From an uncultured bacterium (GTDB taxonomy: Bacteria; Chlamydiota; Chlamydiia; Chlamydiales; CAZBXE01), in the NCBI GenBank assembly GCA_964496125.1, contig CAZBXE010000005.1:86084-150083 (forward strand): a DNA stretch of 64,000 nucleotides, in the 5' to 3' direction. The notes beneath the pieces are model-generated. The model saw nothing but the letters and a program-made list of their open reading frames with translations, was not told where the DNA came from and searched no databases. Position 1 is the first letter of the stretch. The number at the start of each line of letters is the position of its first letter. Shown here one piece after another: positions 60,290-64,000 of the stretch. The position numbers were made by a program, and so were the translations under genes.

Positions 60290-61686
60290 AAGCGTATTTC
60301 CTCCACAACTGGTAATTGTTTAATCACGGGTGCTGGATAAATGCCAAGCCATAAGATCAAGGCAGCAAAGGGAAGAGCCTTCAACAGATCTTTATAAGAA
60401 AGATCTTTATAAGACGTCGTCTCCTCGGTTGCCGGACCAAAATACACACTTTGCATAAACTGCAGCATATAAAGAGCCGACAAGATCACACTGATCCCCA
60501 AGATCGCTGCCGCCAAACGGTCGCCCGTGAAAATTCCAAAGAAAATCATAAGTTCCCCCACAAAAGTATTTGTCCCGGGCAAAGCAATCGATGAAAGAAT
60601 AAAGAACAATGTCAGCCAGCACAGTCTAGGAAAGTGGTTGCACAGCCCATGAGGCGATGAGCTTACCCTCTCTTGGAGCCAACCCGCACAGAGAAAAAGG
60701 GCGCTGATGGTAATACCGTGGTTGAGCGATTGCAAGACAGCGCCAGCATAAGCTACGTCACTCTTTGTAAAAATCCCCGCCAGAATGAAGTTTACGTGGC
60801 TAAAGCTTGAATAGGCAAGAAGAGTCTTAAAATCGGCTTGCATCCAAGCAACACATGCTCCATAAAGAACGCCAGCTATCGCAAGCGGGAGAAGGTAGCC
60901 CCCCCAGCTGTTTAACACGTGTGGAAAAAATTCTCTTCCGAGCCGCAAAAAACCGTAAATTCCAGCCTTCGATAAAATAGCCGAGAGCAAGATCGTCCCT
61001 GCAAGAGGAGCTTCTACATACGCATCTCTTAACCATCCATGAAGGGGAAAAAGGGGGGTTTTTACAGCAAATGCAAAGAAGAAAACGGCTGCTATATAGG
61101 GCGCATGGCGCATACTCAAAGCTGCCCCTGCTATCTCTGCAAAATCGAAAGAGGATGCCGTAAAAAAGAGGCCCAACACACCTGCTACAAGTAACACTGA
61201 ACCAAAAAGCATGTAGAGGATAAACTTGATCGCAGCGCTTCGTCCAGCAGCACCTCCCCAAATAAGAACGATAAAAAAAAGGGGCAGAAGCACAGCCTCC
61301 CAAAAAATTGTAAATAGAGCAAGATCTCGCGCTGAGAAAAAGCCAAATAGAAGACTTTGCAATACAAACACTAACGCATAGAAGGCATGAGGCCTTGCGA
61401 GGGCGCGGCTATCTACTGCCAGAAGAGAAGCTGGTATTACAAAAGCTGTTAAATAGATAAACAAAAGAGAAAGGGAATCGCATTCAAGATGAAAGCGGAT
61501 CGAAAGTGTGGGGATCCAGGGAAGATCAATAACACCTAGATTTCCTTGCAGGGCCAGCAAGAGAAAAAGTGGGATGACGCTTAGCAAAAGCGCAAAACCC
61601 TTCAAGGGAGCGCTTTTAAGAGGCACGGGTATAAGAAAAAAAGCGCTGAGAAGGGGGATAATAAAAAGCCAAAGAATACCTACCAT
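60286..61686 (-). CDS. nuoM: NADH-quinone oxidoreductase subunit M
   Basis: Antiporter-like subunit (WLRDAYVEAP, SSFSHVNF). The start is set at MVGILWL, whose ATG overlaps the nuoL stop. The track ORF has 19 extra codons. Confidence 0.88.
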   Translation of the reverse strand: MVGILWLFIIPLLSAFFLIPVPLKSAPLKGFALLLSVIPLFLLLALQGNLGVIDLPWIPTLSIRFHLECDSLSLLFIYLTAFVIPASLLAVDSRALARPHAFYALVFVLQSLLFGFFSARDLALFTIFWEAVLLPLFFIVLIWGGAAGRSAAIKFILYMLFGSVLLVAGVLGLFFTASSFDFAEIAGAALSMRHAPYIAAVFFFAFAVKTPLFPLHGWLRDAYVEAPLAGTILLSAILSKAGIYGFLRLGREFFPHVLNSWGGYLLPLAIAGVLYGACVAWMQADFKTLLAYSSFSHVNFILAGIFTKSDVAYAGAVLQSLNHGITISALFLCAGWLQERVSSSPHGLCNHFPRLCWLTLFFILSSIALPGTNTFVGELMIFFGIFTGDRLAAAILGISVILSALYMLQFMQSVYFGPATEETTSYKDLSYKDLLKALPFAALILWLGIYPAPVIKQLPVVEEIRL

Positions 61687-63554
61687 GCGTTCCCTCCGCG
61701 GGCTAAATAAATGATAATAAAAGATGCACCAAGTGTCATCCATGCTAGATAAGAGCGCACCTTTCCGTTTTGCCCTTTCTGTAAAAAAAGAGAAGAAAGA
61801 TCTACGGCTTTCACAGTCGCACTCGCTGCGCCTTGAATCACATGTGGTTCTACAAAACGAGCAAGTAAAGCAGCCATACTTCTAGTGGAGCGGACAAAAA
61901 TCACATCGTAGATCTGATCGATGTAAAATGACTGAGCCAGAAAAGAAAGGCTTTTTCCAAGGGTATCTTTATATCGAGTATACATTATAGCCGCACAGAA
62001 AACACCTGCTACGGCACAAAATATCGCCACAAAAAGCTCTAAGTTTAGATCAAAATGGGAAGCTAGCCGATCTTCTGTAGGGCTGATGCGCACATCCTCT
62101 AAGAAACTCTCAAGAATAGGCCTGCGACCTGTTGCAAAACCAAGATAGCCACCTGCGGCTGAAAAAATCGCAAGAACAGACACCGGGATCCACATCACAG
62201 CAGGAGCCTCTTTTAGATCTTTATTTTGGGGAAGAAGATCCCCTTGAAACGTCAAGAAATACGCTCTTGTCAAATAAAAAGCTGTCAGTAAGGAGGTTAA
62301 TAGCCCTACAGTGTAAAGAACCATAAAACCAGAAGCATACTCCATCTCCAAAATCAAGTCTTTACTAAAGAAAGCAGCTAGAGGAGGGATGCCTGACATG
62401 GCCAGGACCCCAATCAAAAACATGATGTTTGTTTTCGGAAAGGGTTTAGCAAGTCCGCCCATGTCCTTCATGAGGGTCTTTCCATGCATCATGTGGATGA
62501 TATTACCGGCAGACAGAAAGAGAAGGGCTTTCATAAAAGCGTGGGTTGTTAAGTGAAACATAGCTGCATAAAAAGCACCCACACCGCACGCTAAAAACAT
62601 ATAACCAAGCTGGCTCACGGTGGAGTAAGCAAGCACGCGCTTCAGATCTGGTTGCTGCATAGCGCAAAGGGCAGCAAAAAGAGCTGTTGCCCCGCCCACG
62701 CTACCCACAATCTCCAACGTCGTTGGTGCTGCTAGAAAAATCGGATGGAGCCTGACCAAGAGATACACGCCTGCCGTCACCATCGTAGCGGCATGGATGA
62801 GGGCTGAGACAGGCGTTGGCCCCTCCATCGCATCCGGAAGCCACACATGCAGCGGAATCTGCGCTGACTTGCCGATGGCCCCAACGAAAAAGAGCAACGT
62901 GAGAAAAGTTAACATCTCACTCCCCGCTAGGATGCCCTCATTTACCTGTTGATTTATGGTCTGGATATCACTTGTCCCAAAGAGAATAAAGGTAAGAAGA
63001 AGCGCCAAGATAAACCCGAGATCACCTACCCTGTTCACAACAAAAGCTTTAACAGCGGCAGCAGCAGCGCTCTCTCGTTCATACCAGAACCCAATCAGCA
63101 AGTAAGAAGCAAGTCCCACTCCTTCCCAACCCACGAAGACAAGCGTAAGATTGGCCGCAAGGACAAGAAGAAGCATGGCAAACACGAAAAAGTTCATACA
63201 AGCAAAAAACCTGGCGTAATCCCTCTCGTGGTCCGTATAGCCAATCGAATAAATGTGGATCAAAGAACCAACTCCGGTGATGATCAACCCCATTAGCTGG
63301 GAAATATGATCCACATGGAGAGCAAAATCGGCATCAATCCCCCGGACAGGGATCCAGGAGAAGTACGTATATGTAATACCCCCCCCCTCTGCTGGCAAAG
63401 CCAGGACCGAGGCCACAATACAACAAAAAGAAAACACCAAAGTCAGGCACCCAATAAGTGAGGCAATAGCTCGAGGAACGATTGCGCAGGTTGTAAGCAG
63501 AACCAAAAACCCAAAGAGGGGCGCAAGTAGAGCAAGTAAGATAACGAGTTCCAT
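61680..63554 (-). CDS. nuoL: NADH-quinone oxidoreductase subunit L
   Basis: 624 aa with WEGVGLASYLLIGFW, WLPDAMEGPTPVSALIHAATMV, and a long C-terminal lateral-helix region. Confidence 0.93.
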   Translation of the reverse strand: MELVILLALLAPLFGFLVLLTTCAIVPRAIASLIGCLTLVFSFCCIVASVLALPAEGGGITYTYFSWIPVRGIDADFALHVDHISQLMGLIITGVGSLIHIYSIGYTDHERDYARFFACMNFFVFAMLLLVLAANLTLVFVGWEGVGLASYLLIGFWYERESAAAAAVKAFVVNRVGDLGFILALLLTFILFGTSDIQTINQQVNEGILAGSEMLTFLTLLFFVGAIGKSAQIPLHVWLPDAMEGPTPVSALIHAATMVTAGVYLLVRLHPIFLAAPTTLEIVGSVGGATALFAALCAMQQPDLKRVLAYSTVSQLGYMFLACGVGAFYAAMFHLTTHAFMKALLFLSAGNIIHMMHGKTLMKDMGGLAKPFPKTNIMFLIGVLAMSGIPPLAAFFSKDLILEMEYASGFMVLYTVGLLTSLLTAFYLTRAYFLTFQGDLLPQNKDLKEAPAVMWIPVSVLAIFSAAGGYLGFATGRRPILESFLEDVRISPTEDRLASHFDLNLELFVAIFCAVAGVFCAAIMYTRYKDTLGKSLSFLAQSFYIDQIYDVIFVRSTRSMAALLARFVEPHVIQGAASATVKAVDLSSLFLQKGQNGKVRSYLAWMTLGASFIIIYLARGGNAW

Positions 63555-63559
63555 AACAT

Positions 63560-63859
63560 CTATCCTTTCAGTGACTGGTAGCGATCAATATCTACAATGT
63601 TCTTTGAGCGAAAGGCATGGATGATGATAGCAAATCCAATGGCTGCCTCCGCTGCTGCGACAACGAGCACAAAAAACACCCAGACAAGACCCACTTCATT
63701 TCCATGATGACGCGCAAACGCCACAAAGAGAAGGTTTCCGGCGTTTAGCATCATTTCGATCGAGAGAAAGAAGATCAGAATATTTCTCTTGAGTAACACT
63801 CCTAGCACGGCGATACTGAACATCGCAAGGCTTGTAAAGATGATGAGACCTAAGTCCAT
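63560..63859 (-). CDS. nuoK: NADH-quinone oxidoreductase subunit K
   Basis: 99 aa with three TM helices, the conserved SIEMMLNAGNL motif, and AAAEAAIG. Confidence 0.9.
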   Translation of the reverse strand: MDLGLIIFTSLAMFSIAVLGVLLKRNILIFFLSIEMMLNAGNLLFVAFARHHGNEVGLVWVFFVLVVAAAEAAIGFAIIIHAFRSKNIVDIDRYQSLKG

Positions 63860-64000
63860 GAGTCCCCCTTTTTCCCGATGTATAGAGCACCAACAACGGC
63901 AATCAAAAATAAAACTGTGATCGCCTCGAAAGGAAAGAAAAAGTCAAGGTACAACAATCTTCCAAGTGAAAAGGCAGAACCATAGCCTGCCTCTAGCGTT
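63850..64000 (-). CDS. nuoJ: NADH-quinone oxidoreductase subunit J (3' end only; runs off the window)
   Basis: My translation of the minus strand gives ...TLEAGYGSAFSLGRLLYLDFFFPFEAITVLFLIAVVGALYIGKKGDSWT*, which matches the NuoJ C-terminal helix (PFE..S.L.L.A..GA). Its stop overlaps the nuoK start by 10 nt. Confidence 0.75.
   Translation of the reverse strand, partial: TLEAGYGSAFSLGRLLYLDFFFPFEAITVLFLIAVVGALYIGKKGDSWT

Overview
This 64 kb window looks like the chromosome of an environmental (non-Chlamydiaceae) member of the Chlamydiae, at roughly 45% GC by eye. The assignment rests on three observations. There is a Slc1/CT043-type type III secretion chaperone. Gene orders match what I remember from Chlamydia trachomatis (ruvB-spoIID...slc1-ssb-pepA, and DUF721-gyrB-gyrA-tmk-holB). 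The metabolism is fuller than in Chlamydiaceae: sucA-sucB-lpd, a riboflavin operon, aroC, otsBA for trehalose, and nuoJKLMN of complex I.

The window starts at dnaA, followed by tRNA-Pro(TGG). It is densely coding, with about 55 credible CDS. I saw no rRNA and no CRISPR array.

Accessory content sits at the edges of the conserved blocks:
- An orphan, promoter-to-terminator three-gene operon (41.7-44.7 kb). Its products have the hydropathy and coiled-coil layout of a T3SS tip/gatekeeper plus a two-TM and a one-TM translocator, but no motif I recognise.
- A textbook eukaryotic RING-H2 finger protein (26.2 kb).
- An F-box plus leucine-rich-repeat protein (57 kb).
- A 1621-aa helical giant with a possible N-terminal nucleotidyltransferase-like triad (20.3-25.2 kb).
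- Two or three tandem cysteine-rich microproteins (51.7-52.2 kb).
- An Inc-like small membrane protein.
- Decayed mobile DNA: a 174-bp MITE-like element with perfect 11-bp terminal inverted repeats, an inverted partner copy bracketing aroC, and IS630-like transposase tails flanking a GNAT gene.

All functional calls come from reading the supplied translations and the sequence. No database search was run.
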